Shown here: piece by piece, positions 1-12,960 of the stretch
Layout of the letters: the number at the start of each line of letters is the position of its first letter
Numbering within the stretch: position 1 is the first letter of the stretch
Assembly (NCBI GenBank): GCA_043228905.1
Contig: JBHGNT010000005.1
Location: 2,480,001-2,544,000 of the forward strand
Direction: 5' to 3'
From: Azolla caroliniana
Taxonomy: Eukaryota; Plantae; Polypodiophyta
DNA: 64,000 bases
Made by a program: the position numbers and the translations under genes
The notes under the pieces: generated by a model
What the model was told of the DNA's origin: nothing
Databases searched by the model: none
What the model saw: the letters and a program-made list of their open reading frames with translations, nothing else

Positions 1-4
1 ATAG

Positions 5-140
5 TTTCAACCCCTACATTCCACAGTGGCATCTAGTGAAATAAGAGATATCTATGGAGTAATAGAGAGGTGAGGAAATTGGGTTTTGAACCCAAGATGT
101 AGTGATAGTAGTGTAAATGACTTACCACTAGGGTAAGTTA
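5..140. mobile_element. tRNA-derived SINE-like dimer, partial copy cut by the window edge
   Basis: Reverse complement aligns by eye with 43337-43480 (CTTACCCTAGTGGTAAG...TCTTGGGTT..AAACC.AATTTC.TCACCTCTCTATT...TATTTCACTAGATGCCACTGTGGAATGTAGGGGTTGAA). B-box-like motifs occur on both strands. Confidence 0.7.
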
Positions 141-1987
141 AAAAGAGAGAATTTTAGGCTTAAGGGAGAAAAAAAGAAAGAAAAGATCAAATTTGACAAG
201 AAAGTTAAGAAGATTGAGAAGGCCAAAAAAGATTTAAATGTGACCATTATAACAAAAAGTGTTGACTCCTTTCATATTGGCCATAAGGCTTAAGCTCTAG
301 AACTAACTCTATTATGTCCTGTTTTTTTGGTACCACACTTATGCCCTTAATATCAATGACAATAGCTCATTGGACCTTGGTCATGCTATATATGGCATAT
401 TACGCTATCCCAAAGAAAAACTTATGGTGACAAGGTGGAAACCTAGCATGGAGAGAAGCAAGAAAGGGACACAAAAAACTGAAGAAAAAGGTGAAGAAAA
501 CAAAAGGGATCAAGGGCACTTACATAGCTTGTTATACCAACCCAATGGTGGAGTAATGATATGCTATTAGGGGCCACACCATAATTAAGAAAGAGCATAG
601 GATGTTAGAATGTGGTTGGAAAGTGAAACACGTCTACATAGTTGTAGGAAGAGGCTGTAAAATATCAATCAAAAGAAGTTAATGAATACTCTCAGAAACA
701 TATACGGCATGTCATAAAGACGAAGAACCAAGTTTGGGTGAACATCCCAATAAAGTTGTGTTATGTTCGTATGTGAATTGTGAGGGGCAATAATGGCGTG
801 GTTTCATTTGGACACATAGGGCCGCATATCAAGTTCAAGTTCAGTAATGCATGTGTGTGTTAAAAGGATCCTAGGTCAATATGGGTGAATAGAGTCTAAG
901 GAAGTAACTTTGGGTAAAATCCGAGTAAAATGATTTGATGGCTTTATGGTAATGTTTGTGGCTAGATATAATCATGCACTGTTCATTGTTCAAGCACACC
1001 TCGAGCCTGGAACAAGTTGGTTCAAAGTACATAGAATATGCCAATCATGTGTTGTGTGTAGGTCATAAGGGGCTCTGAGAAGCAATTTAGCTATATATAT
1101 CGTGGCTAAACCCTTCAGAAAGATCTTGTTGATCTAGCAAGGGAGCAATTTAGCAATGGCAACTTTATTAAAGCAACATGGTTTCAATGCCACGTATTTT
1201 TTCCATGGGTTTCCACAAAAGATAATATTCACATGTTTCTTCATCATGAAATTGCTTTGTACATATGGATAAATTATCAAAGTTCTAATCATCCCTTAAA
1301 ACTTAATTTCTTAATCTTCGTTGCAATTAGTGTATGTGTAAAAAAAGTATGATCTCTCAAGTATCTTGTTTTGTTTTCAATGGGTCATGATATAATTGGC
1401 CCATGTATTTGCTTTTGATGCACATCCCAATTTTGACTTTGTCATAATTCAATACATTAGTAGATACTTGAGGGTATTTCTCAACCCTTTAAATAAAGTT
1501 TGAAAAACAGCTCATATGCTTCCATATGTTGGGCATTCCACACAGAATGCTTACCTCTTTTTGGCCTATTAAGATCAGATAGATTGAATGTTCATGATTT
1601 CTAATGAATCTGTTGTCAACCCTTGACACTTTAACAAAGTACTATACAAGCAAACATATAGTTTAAATGAAAGCATCGAGGCATCCCACAGTTGGATCAT
1701 CATCACTTTGATTGCCTTAAGATACCAAAAACAAAAAACCTATCCCTTTTGGAATGTCTCGCATATGAGTATATAAGGCATGATTTTCCAAAATTATTGC
1801 TAGGATGTACAAAAATTCCTAACTCTATTCTTGGTCTTTGCATGTTTTCTTAACGACAAGCCAAAATCATGGAAGTTTGAAATATAAACTTAACGACTAG
1901 CTTGCTTTTTCATTTCCTTTTTTAGACACCGTCACCTATGCAATTGGAGAGAATGTTTCAGTTGTTATTAACCCCATGGCTCATTTT

Positions 1988-2085
1988 GGAGCCTATAGAC
2001 GTTATACTATCATTTGAGACTCTCTGGATTGTCATGTTGGAGCCCTATAGACGTTAATACAATCAATTGGGATTCTCTTGATTGA
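1988..2085. repeat. ~50-bp imperfect tandem duplication downstream of the HYL1-like stop
   Basis: TGGAGCC(C)TATAGACGTTA..ACNATCA..TG.GA.TCTCT occurs at ~1988 and ~2038. Confidence 0.6.
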
Positions 2086-2241
2086 AAGGATAATATATAT
2101 AAATATAAAATACATAAAAAAATTCAGAGAGAACAACGATTCTGTCCAAAGAACTTTTGAAACTTGAAAGTACTAATTTTTATAACAAACAAATTACCAG
2201 GCAGTCAGGTAGTTGTACCAAGAGGCTAGCTGCTGGCACTA

Positions 2242-5200
2242 TTAGTTTCTAGTTCTATGAATTCCACCATAGCTAGGCACAAAAGTAGGATAAGCTGGTG
2301 CAATACCAGCATTTAGAGTGTTAATACCAGTTCTTTGAACTCCAGTTACAAAAGTACCACCATTTGGATAACTTGGTAGAACACAAGAATTCAGGATGTT
2401 AGGACTAATTCTTGGAACTCCACCATAGTGAGCCACAAAGGTAGGACCATTTGGATAACTTGGTGGAATACCAGCGTTTAGAGTGTTAGTACTAGTTCTT
2501 TGAAGTACACCATAGCCAGTAACAAAAGTAGAACCAATTGGATAAGTTGGTGCAATATCAGCATTTAGAGTGATGGTTCTTCGAACTCCACCATAATTAG
2601 TAACAAATGTAGGAACAGCATTTGCATAACTTGGTGCAATACGAGTGTTTAGAGTGTTGGTACTAGTTCTTAGAGCTCCAGTTACAAAAGTAGGACCATT
2701 TGGATAAGTTGGTGCAATACCAGCAGTTAAAGTGTTACCAGTTGATTTCTGAACCCCACCATAGCCAGTTACAAAAGTAGAACCATTTGGTTGAACTGGT
2801 GAAATACCAGCCTTTAGTGTGTTAGCACTACTTGTTTGAGCTCCACCATGGCTAGTTACTAAAGTAGAGCCATTTGGATCACTTGGTGAAATACCAGAAT
2901 TTAGAGTGTTTGTACTAGTTGTTTGAACTCGTGGACAGCTAGTTATTATAGTAGAACTGGTTGACTGCAGTTTCATCCTTTTTGCTGCTTTTGGTTGCCG
3001 TTGTTTCTTATGACGCTTTTTTTTAGCTTTTGTCTTTGCAGTACTTGACCCTGTAGTTTCTGTAGGCGGCTGTTTTGCAAAAGCCTCCAAAGGTGGCTTA
3101 TCTACATGCATTTACATGTCTAGTCTTAATATTCATAGAATTGCTAACGATAGACAATGTTGTTTACATTGTTATTTCTGTCAATGTTGACAAGCTTATC
3201 AAGACTCAAGACAAACCTGGATCTGAACAAATTGCTATCAGGGCAGTCTTTGCAGCTTTTATCTCAGCTTCTTTCTTGCTCTTGCAGATTCCTCCAGTGT
3301 AAGTTACTCCACCAATCTTTACAGATCCATTGAAGAGTGGGGAGTGTGTTTCCCCAGATTTTACAAAGGTATAAACCGGCAATGCAAAGTGGCATTTCTG
3401 TGCATATTGTTGGAGTATATTTTTGCATAGCCCAGACTCATGCTGAATACAAATATTGTCGTTAGTTTGACATGAAATTGATACCACTAATAAGCCATAA
3501 AACAGCATTATAAGATAGAAAGAGATATCACCAAAGGGCTAGGAACAGCAGAGATTTTGCCCGACTTAGCTGCAATAGCCGCTAGAGCAACCTCTGCGGC
3601 TCCATGCTCTGCTTTCTTAAGATTCAAATAATATGTCGGTGATTCATAAGTCTCATTGTCAATAACAACTGTAGCTTTGTATCTCCGTTCATGCTCAGGT
3701 CCCTCTTTAATGATGTTATAAACAGGTGATGGTAACCCAGATTTTTGAGCATATTCAATGAGCTGATTTTTGAAAATTGGAACCTTGTCTCCAAAACCTG
3801 TACCGCCCCCCCCCCCAATCGGAAATTTTTTTGAGGCCCAAGCTCATATCCAAACACCCATGCCGAAGTAAACAAAGTGTGCCATTACACTGATGCTTAA
3901 ATAATCACACATATTGAAAATAGAAACTGTGGCTGAATAATGAGCTGAAAAAAGAGAATATATGATCTATGTTGCCTCAATGTGCCAAAAATAGAAGCCG
4001 ATACACCTTGAATGTCAATATGAGGACAGTGCATGATTTTCAGGAAAGAATTCCTACAAGGTTGTAATGCAAGAACTGGAATGCTCTTTGATCCTCTACT
4101 TGACCACAACCAAACTCATTTTATTTCCAGTTTTTTCCTTTTGTTTTTGTTCAATCATTTTAAAATCAACCACCTATATGGCTGGGGATTTTGCCTTGTA
4201 ATAATTGCTGGTCTCACAGGGTCATGTTGGCCCCATATGAGTTGTTAATATATCATTGCCAACTAATGAGACACCAGGTTTGATACTCATCATCAGCTGG
4301 CCCTATCCCTAGATGGTATTTTAGTCTCCCATGGAAATTAAATCTATTTTCCTCTTTATATTGGTCAACACCTTTTGTTTCTTTTTATATTGCGTTGCAC
4401 CACAAAGTGGTGTGTAGTGGATAGTGAAAGCATGAGTTTTGGCGTCAACATAACTTTCTTTCTTTCTAAGTCAAGGATATGTGAATTATGTGCAAATTCC
4501 TTTATTAAGCTCTTACGATGTGACAATACAGTCATCATCCTCTGAGGATGTGGAAAATCCGCTCAAGTATGTGTAAATCCTTTAACAATTCTCTTAAGGA
4601 AGTGTAAGGTATGTGTGAATCCCTTCACCATATTCTTGGGATTCGTTAAAAATTAAACATTCTATTACATTCGTGTGCATCCCCTCACCATTCTCCTAAG
4701 GAAGTGTAAAAGTGTGTGTAAATCACTCCATCCTGTTACGATGTGTAAATCACTTGCCTATCCTCTAAGGATGTGGTTTTTGTTAACAATCAGATCCATC
4801 CAAGTTTGTCATTTCACTAATGCAGCCATAATGTTATCACATGCAGTGAATCCCTTCACCATATTCTTGGGATTCGTTAAAAATTAAACATTCTATTACG
4901 TTTGTGTGCATCCCCTCACCATTCTCCTAAGGAAGTGTAAAAGTGTGTGTAAATCACTCCATCCTGTTACGATGTGTAAATCACTTGCCTATCCTCTAAG
5001 GATGTGGTTTTTATTAACAATCAGATCCATCCAGTTTGTCATTTCACTAATGCAGCCATAATGTTATCACATGCAGTGAATCCCTTCACCATATTCTTGG
5101 GATTCGTTAAAAATTAAACATTCTATTACATTTGTGTGCATCCCCTCACCATTCTCCTAAGGAAGTGTAAAAGTGTGTGTGAATCGCTCCATCCTGTTAC

Positions 5201-6498
5201 GATGTGTAAATCACTTGCCTATCCTCTAAGGATGTGGTTTTTGTTAACAATCAGATCCATCCAAGTTTGTCATTTCACTAATGCAGCCATAATGTTATCA
5301 CATGCAGATCCCATCCCAAGGTATTGAGGGTGACTTAGAATTGCACAACTTGTAAAAGTGTTGGGTTCAGAGTTTAAGTTAGCTCGCTTAAAGTGTTTTA
5401 ATGCTAGCAGCCATATAGGGTGACTTAGATGTGCACAACTTGTGAAGGTGTCGGTCTTAGAGTTTATGTTAGCTCATTTAAAGTGTTCTAATGTTAGCAA
5501 CGATATACCTGACCAATGGCATCACAACTTGCAGTCTCTACTAGTTCACAACATGCAAAAAAGTCGGGTTTACAGTTTATGCTGACTCGTTTAAAAGGTC
5601 TTTAACTAGCCATATACCTGACACATGTCAGGGTGACTTGCAATCTCTCTAGTTCAATTTCCTGACACTCATAGTAACTTGTAATCTCCACTAGTTCAGT
5701 TAACTGACACTTGGCATAATGATTTGCAATCTTCAGTAGTTTCTTACCTGATAGTTGACATAGCTACTTGAAATATATCTACTTAATGAAGCATCATTAG
5801 CGCATACATCTCTTTCCTCACAAATTTGTTTAGGGATGTTCTCATAGCTTCTTACACCTCTCATCTTCATCCACCTAATCAACTATGATTAGTAGGTGAA
5901 TCTTAAATGATAAATAAAATTATGTGTAAATATCTTTATCATTCTTTCAGGATATGCTGGGTAAATTGCTTCATCATCCTCTGGAGGATAACTACATGAT
6001 GTGTAAATCCCTTCATCAATGGATGTGTCGATCACTTCATTGTACTCTCATGGATAATCAACGATATGTGAATCCCTTGATCATTTTCTTAAGGAAGTTG
6101 TAAATGATGTGTAAATCCATCTCCAGATGTGTGCATTTTCCTTTACGAAATAATGGAACAAGTTTCTTAGCTTTCCTTGAGGAAAAGGGATTCAAAAAGA
6201 GAGATCCAAAACATACTAAATCACTTGTCAAAGACCTTTGTCTGTGAAAGAAAAAACCCAAAAAGTCATAAAAATACAGCCGTTTCTAGTTTATGAATTG
6301 ATCTCATTTCAGAGACAGAAAGGAGGTATAAAGGAAACAAATTCTTTTTGGAGAGGCAATCTAATCTCAGAGACAAACAGAAGGCAAGTATATCTACGAG
6401 AGGCAGGCAGGCAGGCAGAAGAGACACCGCAGAAATCTAAAAAATGACAGAAGAACAGAAATAAAGAGAAGAAGGTGATGAATTAAAATACCTTTCAT
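2242..6498 (-). CDS. HYL1: HYL1/DRB1-like double-stranded RNA-binding protein (2 dsRBDs, basic NLS, C-terminal tandem repeats), ~452 aa
   Basis: Proposed exons are 6498-6492 (ATG AAA G|GT, least certain), 3797-3532, 3442-3217 and 3101-2242; all are GT-AG, in phase, 1359 nt in total. dsRBD1 reads IFKNQLIEYAQKSGLPSPVY..KEGPEH..KKAEHGAAEVAL. dsRBD2 reads HESGLCKNILQQYAQK..IGGVTYTG..SKKEAEIKAAKTAL, matching the HYL1 HETGLCKNLLQEYAQK pattern. The NLS is KAKKKRHKK..KRMK. Confidence 0.85.
2260..2930 (-). repeat. Coding tandem repeat, 8 units of ~26-30 aa
   Basis: Consensus VQRTSTNTLNAGIAP(S/T)YPNG(P/S)TFVTGYGG is visible in ORF 2242..3111. Confidence 0.9.
4615..5306. repeat. Three near-identical ~231-bp tandem copies within the probable first intron of the HYL1-like gene
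   Basis: GTGAATCCCTTCACCATATTCTTGGGATTCG starts at 4615, 4846 and 5076. Units are built from a shorter GTGTAAATCC..CA..TTCTC.TAAGGA motif. Confidence 0.95.
5327..5780. repeat. Degenerate ~90-bp and shorter tandem repeats
   Basis: AGGGTGACTTAGA.TGCACAACTTGT...AGAGTTTA.GTTAGCTC.TTAAAGTG occurs at ~5327 and ~5417. Decayed ACTTGCAATCTC.ACTAGTTCA units follow. Confidence 0.6.
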
Positions 6499-7849
6499 GG
6501 AGGAAGAAGACGAGGAAGGAATGGTTTCCTGAGGTTCCCCGCAGAAACGTGGAAACGCTGCCTCAGAAACGTGGGGGAGTAGTGTGGTAAGGCCATACAC
6601 TAAAAGAGTTTGGTTTAGGGTAATTCTGGACGTGCCCCTACATTCCCACCCAAGAAACTCGCCCACAAAAGCACAGAATAATAATACCCCTCGTGCTTTC
6701 TTCTTCCGTAATAAGCATTGTACATGTTATTAAAACCACACGAGAACACGAAAAGCAAAGAGAGAAGAATAACCATTTTGTTGTCCCTACGACACTTGTG
6801 ACGTTCTTCAGGCGAGGTAAACTCTTTTAAGGTGCTCTAAGCCCGAGAAAGCAGCGACATAACATTAGCTCCTCTGCGTAAGCTTAGTCATGACAATTTG
6901 TTGAATCAGTTCAAGATGATGTAACGGAAAGGCATAAACAAGATTGTCTTAATAGAAGAAGTAAAGTCTAGCGATCACCCCAAAGCTCTGACGAGGCAAC
7001 TATATTGTAGCATAGAACCATGCATTGTTTACATTTAATGTAGACATGCGCATGCATATCATATCATATGTATGCATGCATGCATGCATGTACATATATG
7101 TAAATGGATGGCCAATGTGGATTCCGTCAACCCCTTGTAACCATGGTATGTCAACCAATAATACTTACATATAGATTTAATTTAAATACTTAAAATGTTG
7201 ACCAAGGAAGCAAATGTGCACATATTCTATATTTTTGTTGGATTGCAATCCGTATAATAATTTGAATAACGATGAAGGTAGGGATATTTCTTCTCAAAAT
7301 AATTCAAGGGAGGTGGATAAAGTCGACGAAGTGCAAATTCCATCATCACAAAAGCAGGATCATGAAATCTTGACAGTGAAAGAAATTTCTTCTAAGGTTT
7401 CCTCGACAAGTCATCATAAGTTAGAGAATTTGCCTACTGTGCCGAACAAATGTAATCAATTGGGGGATAAAGGTAAACAGATCCTTCAATCTTTGCCTCA
7501 CCCGGTGCCTCAGGACAAGGGGAGACAGATTGATTGTTTGAGGGTTGTCATGGATTGTGAAAACTAGTTATCCTTATTGTAATCTATGAGGAGGATACAT
7601 CAAAATAGAAGTCTCTCTTGGTTAAGGAGACGACAATTCCTCAGAACAATAACGATTTCTCTTTTTCAGCTATTTCCTTGGTTACGGGTGATACTCCTCC
7701 GTTGGAAAAAGTGATGTCAGTCCATTCACATAAATACTCGGGTAAGGATATGATGAGAATTAGAGGACAATTACGAGTTGCTGAGGAAAGAAAACGTAGA
7801 GTAGTTTTGACAGGAAAAGAGATAGTTTCATAATAATTAGTTTGAAATT

Positions 7850-9320
7850 GCACGTGTTTGTAGCATGAAAGCATGTATCAACATAGGAAATGGTCAAGGA
7901 ATACACTCATAGATTGTTTTGTATGCTTTTGACAAAGATTTCTTCATTGCAAATGAATTAGTTGTTATGTACACTTGTGGATATGCTTAGTATGGCTATG
8001 TTGAAGAGCTTCAGTATATGCTAAACCACATGCAAACAGAGGGTGTATCCTTAGCAACATGAAGTTTTTAGAGACCCCTGACAATGGGCAAGGGGTACAT
8101 TGTCTAATTGTTAAATTAGGACTTGTAAATATTCTAGTTGATATGTATGCAAAAATTGGTTTGAGTGTTGAAGCAGAAGATGGATGTGTTGATGCACAAG
8201 ATATTTTTGATTCATTGCCATAGTCTTGTGGAACACACTGCTTTCAGGATATGCCGAATTTGGGTCAATGACGAAGTGCATCATTGTTTTACATAGAGTT
8301 AGTTAGATGGTTTATTTCTTGAGTTGACAACATTTATCTTAGGGTATGCTGAGCAAGACTACCAGCTAGAAATGTAGTATCTTGGACTACATTAATTTGT
8401 GAATATGTTGAGTATGGCTATGTTGAAGAGCTTCAGTATATGCTCAACCAAATGTAAATGGAGGGTGTATCCACTAATCTTTCAACCATCTCTCATTTTG
8501 GTAAAACAAGTAGGCTCAATAGTTTTGGTCCTACGTGGTGTAATGGTATGATCTGTGGACCCATATTGGCAGTATGGGTAATTTTAAATGGAGATTTAGT
8601 GAGAACCATGACATCCTCGAATGTTTGAAACATGATTTCAATTGTTGTGTTGGCTTCATGCATTTTGACATTCTTCTTGAATTATACAATCTTTTTGAAG
8701 ACACCACTTAACTCTCCTTTGACTCAAACAAATTGAGGAATGGTTTGGAGGTTTATCTTTTGACTGGTTAAATGTTTTAGGTCAGCTTCTTGGTTTCTCT
8801 GGGATTGGACTATAAGTATTTTGCAAGCTTAAAGGAAAGTGGTGTTTGAGACATTGTATCGTGGAATGTTTTGATTGTTGGATATGTTCAGCAAGGAGAA
8901 GGAAGCAAAGCTACAACTTGTTTCAAGAGGATGCAATGTGAGCACTTCTTGCATATTGAAGTCTTGTTCAAGCACAAGGGCTTTACACAGAGGTGAGCAA
9001 ATTCATAGTGAAATTGTATGTGAAAGATTGATTGGTAAAGAAGATGAAGAAGCATTGATTCATTGCTACGTGAGAGCATCTTGCCAAATATGGTCACTTT
9101 TTTGCATCTTAAGAGCTGTCCAGCCAAAGTTAAGGAAAAATATTATGGTAGGCAATGCATTGGTGGATATGTATGCCAACTGTGGTGGCCTCACTCAAGA
9201 CCAAGAGATTTTTAGTGGATTTCTAGTTAGAACCACGATGGATATATGGTTGTCCAATGTTTCAAATGTATGCAGAAATCAGGTTTAAAACCTGATGCAA
9301 CCACATTCACATGCAATATT
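7850..9320 (+). pseudogene. Decayed PLS-class pentatricopeptide repeat (PPR) gene
   Basis: Fragments read CILKSCSSTRALHRGEQIHSEIV, NIMVGNALVDMYANCGGL and LVDMYAK, plus VVSWTTLI-like and MQKSGLKPDATTF-like pieces. They are broken by many stops and frameshifts. An internal duplication lies at ~7990 and ~8410. Confidence 0.7.
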
Positions 9321-9980
9321 CATTGTAATAGCGGACTATTTTAATACCAATGGAGGATATTTTTTATAGAAAAAAAAATGCACATATTCACCCTTGCAGT
9401 CTTGGTCATGGGCATGGGGTTTAAATTACCTTTTATACATGAAAATTTGGGGCACCCCTCTAGAAAAAATAGGGGTAACCTTCAAACTTCGTTCTAAAAG
9501 TTGTGCTAAAGATATGTACGATCGAATTGCCTTTATCACGATATAGCAATCAAGTTGTTTATTTCTTTATTCTCATTTGACATAATGAAAATGCATTGCA
9601 TTATGGTTGGAATTTGAATGGAAAACATAACCTCTTGGTCACAGAAATGACATTCATATATATAGTCACACTCAAAACGTGGATGAGCATTTTGAACTTG
9701 TTGGAAATCTTGAACTCTCAACTTGTTCATGAAGGGCAATGATAGATCCTTCAAGGGGGCGATATATCATGAAAAAAGTGTAATAAGGGTCATTCTAAGA
9801 TGTCCCTAGAGGGTGTTGACACATGATTATAATGTTGTGTGGGCAAGGGGGTGGACATGCACACACAACACATGCTAAGGTGTGACACTTCCCTCTTCGA
9901 AATGCACCATAATTTCCATTCTCTCAAATGTGGATCCTCAATGAGATGCGCCCATACACACTCATACAGAGTACACTAAT

Positions 9981-9982
<2 letters not shown>

Positions 9983-10016
<34 letters not shown>
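9983..10016. repeat. (CT)n microsatellite
   Basis: Directly visible. Confidence 0.95.
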
Positions 10017-10017
<1 letters not shown>

Positions 10018-10099
10018 ACCCACTCACTCACCATGTCACCCTTTGAGTGTAAATAGAATAAAGTTGCTTGAGAGATAAAGGGTTTATTTGTTGCTTCAT

Positions 10100-10580
10100 A
10101 GACTTCAAGAAAGCTTTTCATATGGTACCTTGTGAGCATTTTTTAAGGCACGTGAAAGAATGAAAGAAGTCGGGGTACCACGTGAAAATATGCTTGCAAT
10201 TTCTCAAATCCACAAGAAGGTTATATGTCGTGTGGGAATGGATGAGGAATTTCAATTTTTGCAATAGCGATTATTAGTGTTAAACAAGGATGCCCACTCC
10301 CACCGACTCTATTTGATCAATGCTTTGCTAAATGAGAACAATGGTTGTCAACTTTGTAAATGATGATGAAATTGAAGAAGTGGGCATTCGGCTTGTAGTC
10401 ATCATGTTTTTTTGCACGTAGATGAGTTGGTGTTTTGTGCAATTACTTTGGGACATGCACAAAACCTAATGAGGACATTAGAAGAATTTTGTATGCATAC
10501 TAAGTCAATAGTTCTAAAATGAAGATTGTGCTTATGAAGATTTGTAATAAGGATAAAGATTATGCATCATCCTACAATAG
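10100..10580 (+). mobile_element. Degenerate LINE reverse-transcriptase fragment
   Basis: GTGTTAAACAAGGATGCCCACTCCCACCGACTCTATTT encodes VKQGCPLPPTLF, similar to the LINE at ~41430. A decayed YADD-region follows. Confidence 0.6.
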
Positions 10581-12539
10581 TGAATGTTACAAGCTTAACC
10601 ATAGCTTATCTCGTGGTAGTCTATATCATAGTTTTCTACTCACGAGGATAAGAGTGTAAAGGTTAACCGAGAGTGTAAAGAAGGGAGGATTACCTTTAAT
10701 CATAGGGATTCAAACAACCTTTAAGGGACCCTGAACGAAGATGGATTAGAGCCTTGAACAACATTCCATAGGTCCACCATTATGGCTTCGAGTCATACCT
10801 AGTATTAGCACTTGCTCGCCACTAGAGTTTGTTCACCACGAGATCACAATCTTGATGTAGTTGAATTATGCCTCAATGAGGATTAGCTAGGCCTCATATT
10901 TATAGCTAGACCCAAGGTCCCATGGAAGTTTTCAAAATTAGTCCTTAAGGGTTGTCTCAATTCCAAGGATTAAAAGAATCATCCCTTCTTTACATTCTCA
11001 ATTAACCCTCATATACTTATCCTCACGAGTAAAAAATTACTATAAACTACAATGAGATAAGTTATGGTTATGCCCATGATAATGAAACTCTTATTGCATG
11101 ATAAGTTATGGATGAAGTAACCTATAGGTAAATCCTATGATGACAAGGTACTTATACAAGTTAGTTGCAAAAAATGCCAAATCAATTTTTTGTTTAACGT
11201 AAAATGAACTCATGATACAAGTGAGAGCATAGAAGAAGGTGTTATGTGGGTTAGTTACTTTGCCACCTTTTATTCCCACTCTCATGACTTTCCTTTAGCC
11301 TGATTTTCATCTATTTTGTTGATTCTTTCTTTTATCTTTAGTCTCTATTGATGTTGGGATGATGTCACAATTATCGCCAAGCCAAAGTCATTAATATTGC
11401 CACCATTCATGTCATGCTCTCAATCATCAGGTATTGCCTCCATAACACCATCCACTTTGATTGTCATTATCTCTACATCATGATATAACTATATGGTCTC
11501 CAAATGTTAGAAATATATCCCATCATGGTCGTGACTAGTGTTGCTGATAGGAAATTGGTCTATTGTAATCTTAATTTTGTTGATATATCATTACAAAATT
11601 TCTAATTACAAAAACCAATATATTTTATTTGTTTGAATGTAAAGTATAGAATAATAACTTTTTTGTCCACATTCCCCATGCCAGACACTAATTAATATAG
11701 TGAACGATATATGTAATGGCAAGTCATGAAGATAATCATTGGGTTTTAGAGTCATGGCGATTAGCATGCCAAGACTATAGGAAATCTTGTACATTATAGT
11801 AGCGTGGTTGCATTTGACTCAAGTGTGCAATGATACATATTGATTGACAAGGATGGTTGGATAGGACAAACTTGCATAATGCGTAAGGGTTGGTTGTATC
11901 TAAAAGAAGGATAAGATGGTTTGGGGGTCTCAATTCATTGAAACATGGAAGGCACAATGAAATCAAATGAAAGACGTGGGAAACAAAATCAAATGAATGG
12001 AGAGAGGAGGGCAAAGAAATTGTGGGGCTACTTAACCTTAACCTTTGAATAGGAAAAAGTGAGGGCAACTTAGAGGTTTCAACCTATTCAAGCTTGTAAA
12101 TATTCCAATGTTTTGCCCTTGGTGATTTGTTGACGTTGTAGATAAGTGAGGATGCTCATAGTATAATATGCAAATATCAAACAATTGTGCACATATAATG
12201 GTGAGTCTAGGAGAATATGGGCCTATGTATGGTCCATTTTGGCATTTTGCGCATTGGCGTACTTTTACATGGATGGTTGCGATTTGAGGTGTGTGCATGG
12301 GGGTTGACTACATTTTGAATGTTTATGAGGTGAAAACATGCTATATTTACTCTTATGTGCGCATGGTCTTGGCCTACAAGAGGCACATGGAGGGTACTTG
12401 ACGTATTGATAGGATCCTAAAATGAACATAAATATGACATATTTTTCTTCTTCTTCTTCTTTCCCAACAACGGTTTATATTATGTCTAAAGTAATTTAAA
12501 TGATAGATGGACACTTCCAAATATTCTTAACAACTTCAT

Positions 12540-12960
12540 CATTGATTTTTACCTTTTTCAACTGCTCTTAGGTTGCCACATACATTCATTAGTGCACCAC
12601 ATTTTGCATACATATCTACCAAAGCATTGCTAAGTACAGTACAACATGTTTTTCTAGCAATCTCTTGTTGATGATCTCCTCTTGAACTTCCTTTCCCTTA
12701 TCAACTGTTGTACATGGCCACATGCCTCATGTCGGTGGAGGAAATACCCATAGAGATGGTTGATACTTCCAATGTATACAACCATTAAACATAAAGAAGA
12801 CATTCGTCCTTTCCCATCTCTTCGTAAAAACCTCTTGCTTTGGCAACATTGATATTAATGATAGAATGCATTGCATGAAAGAACGCATATCAAGGCCATT
12901 GTTGATAATGATATCCTTTAAAAGCATTTTGACCCAAATATTATTTTTGAAAAATGATAA
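12540..12960 (-). pseudogene. Second decayed PPR fragment
   Basis: Minus strand reads ACG..DKGKEVQEEI..LLEK..LSNALVDMYAKCGAL, with frameshifts. Confidence 0.65.

Noticed and set aside
7046-7092. Cluster of CATGCA (RY-like) palindromic repeats
   Set aside because: Indistinguishable from a simple (ATGC)n repeat; nothing supports a regulatory role.
10585-12100. Possible element bounded by inverted TGTTACAAGCTT / AAGCTTGTAA
   Set aside because: The right terminus is imperfect, there is no matching TSD, and no coding motif is recognisable inside.
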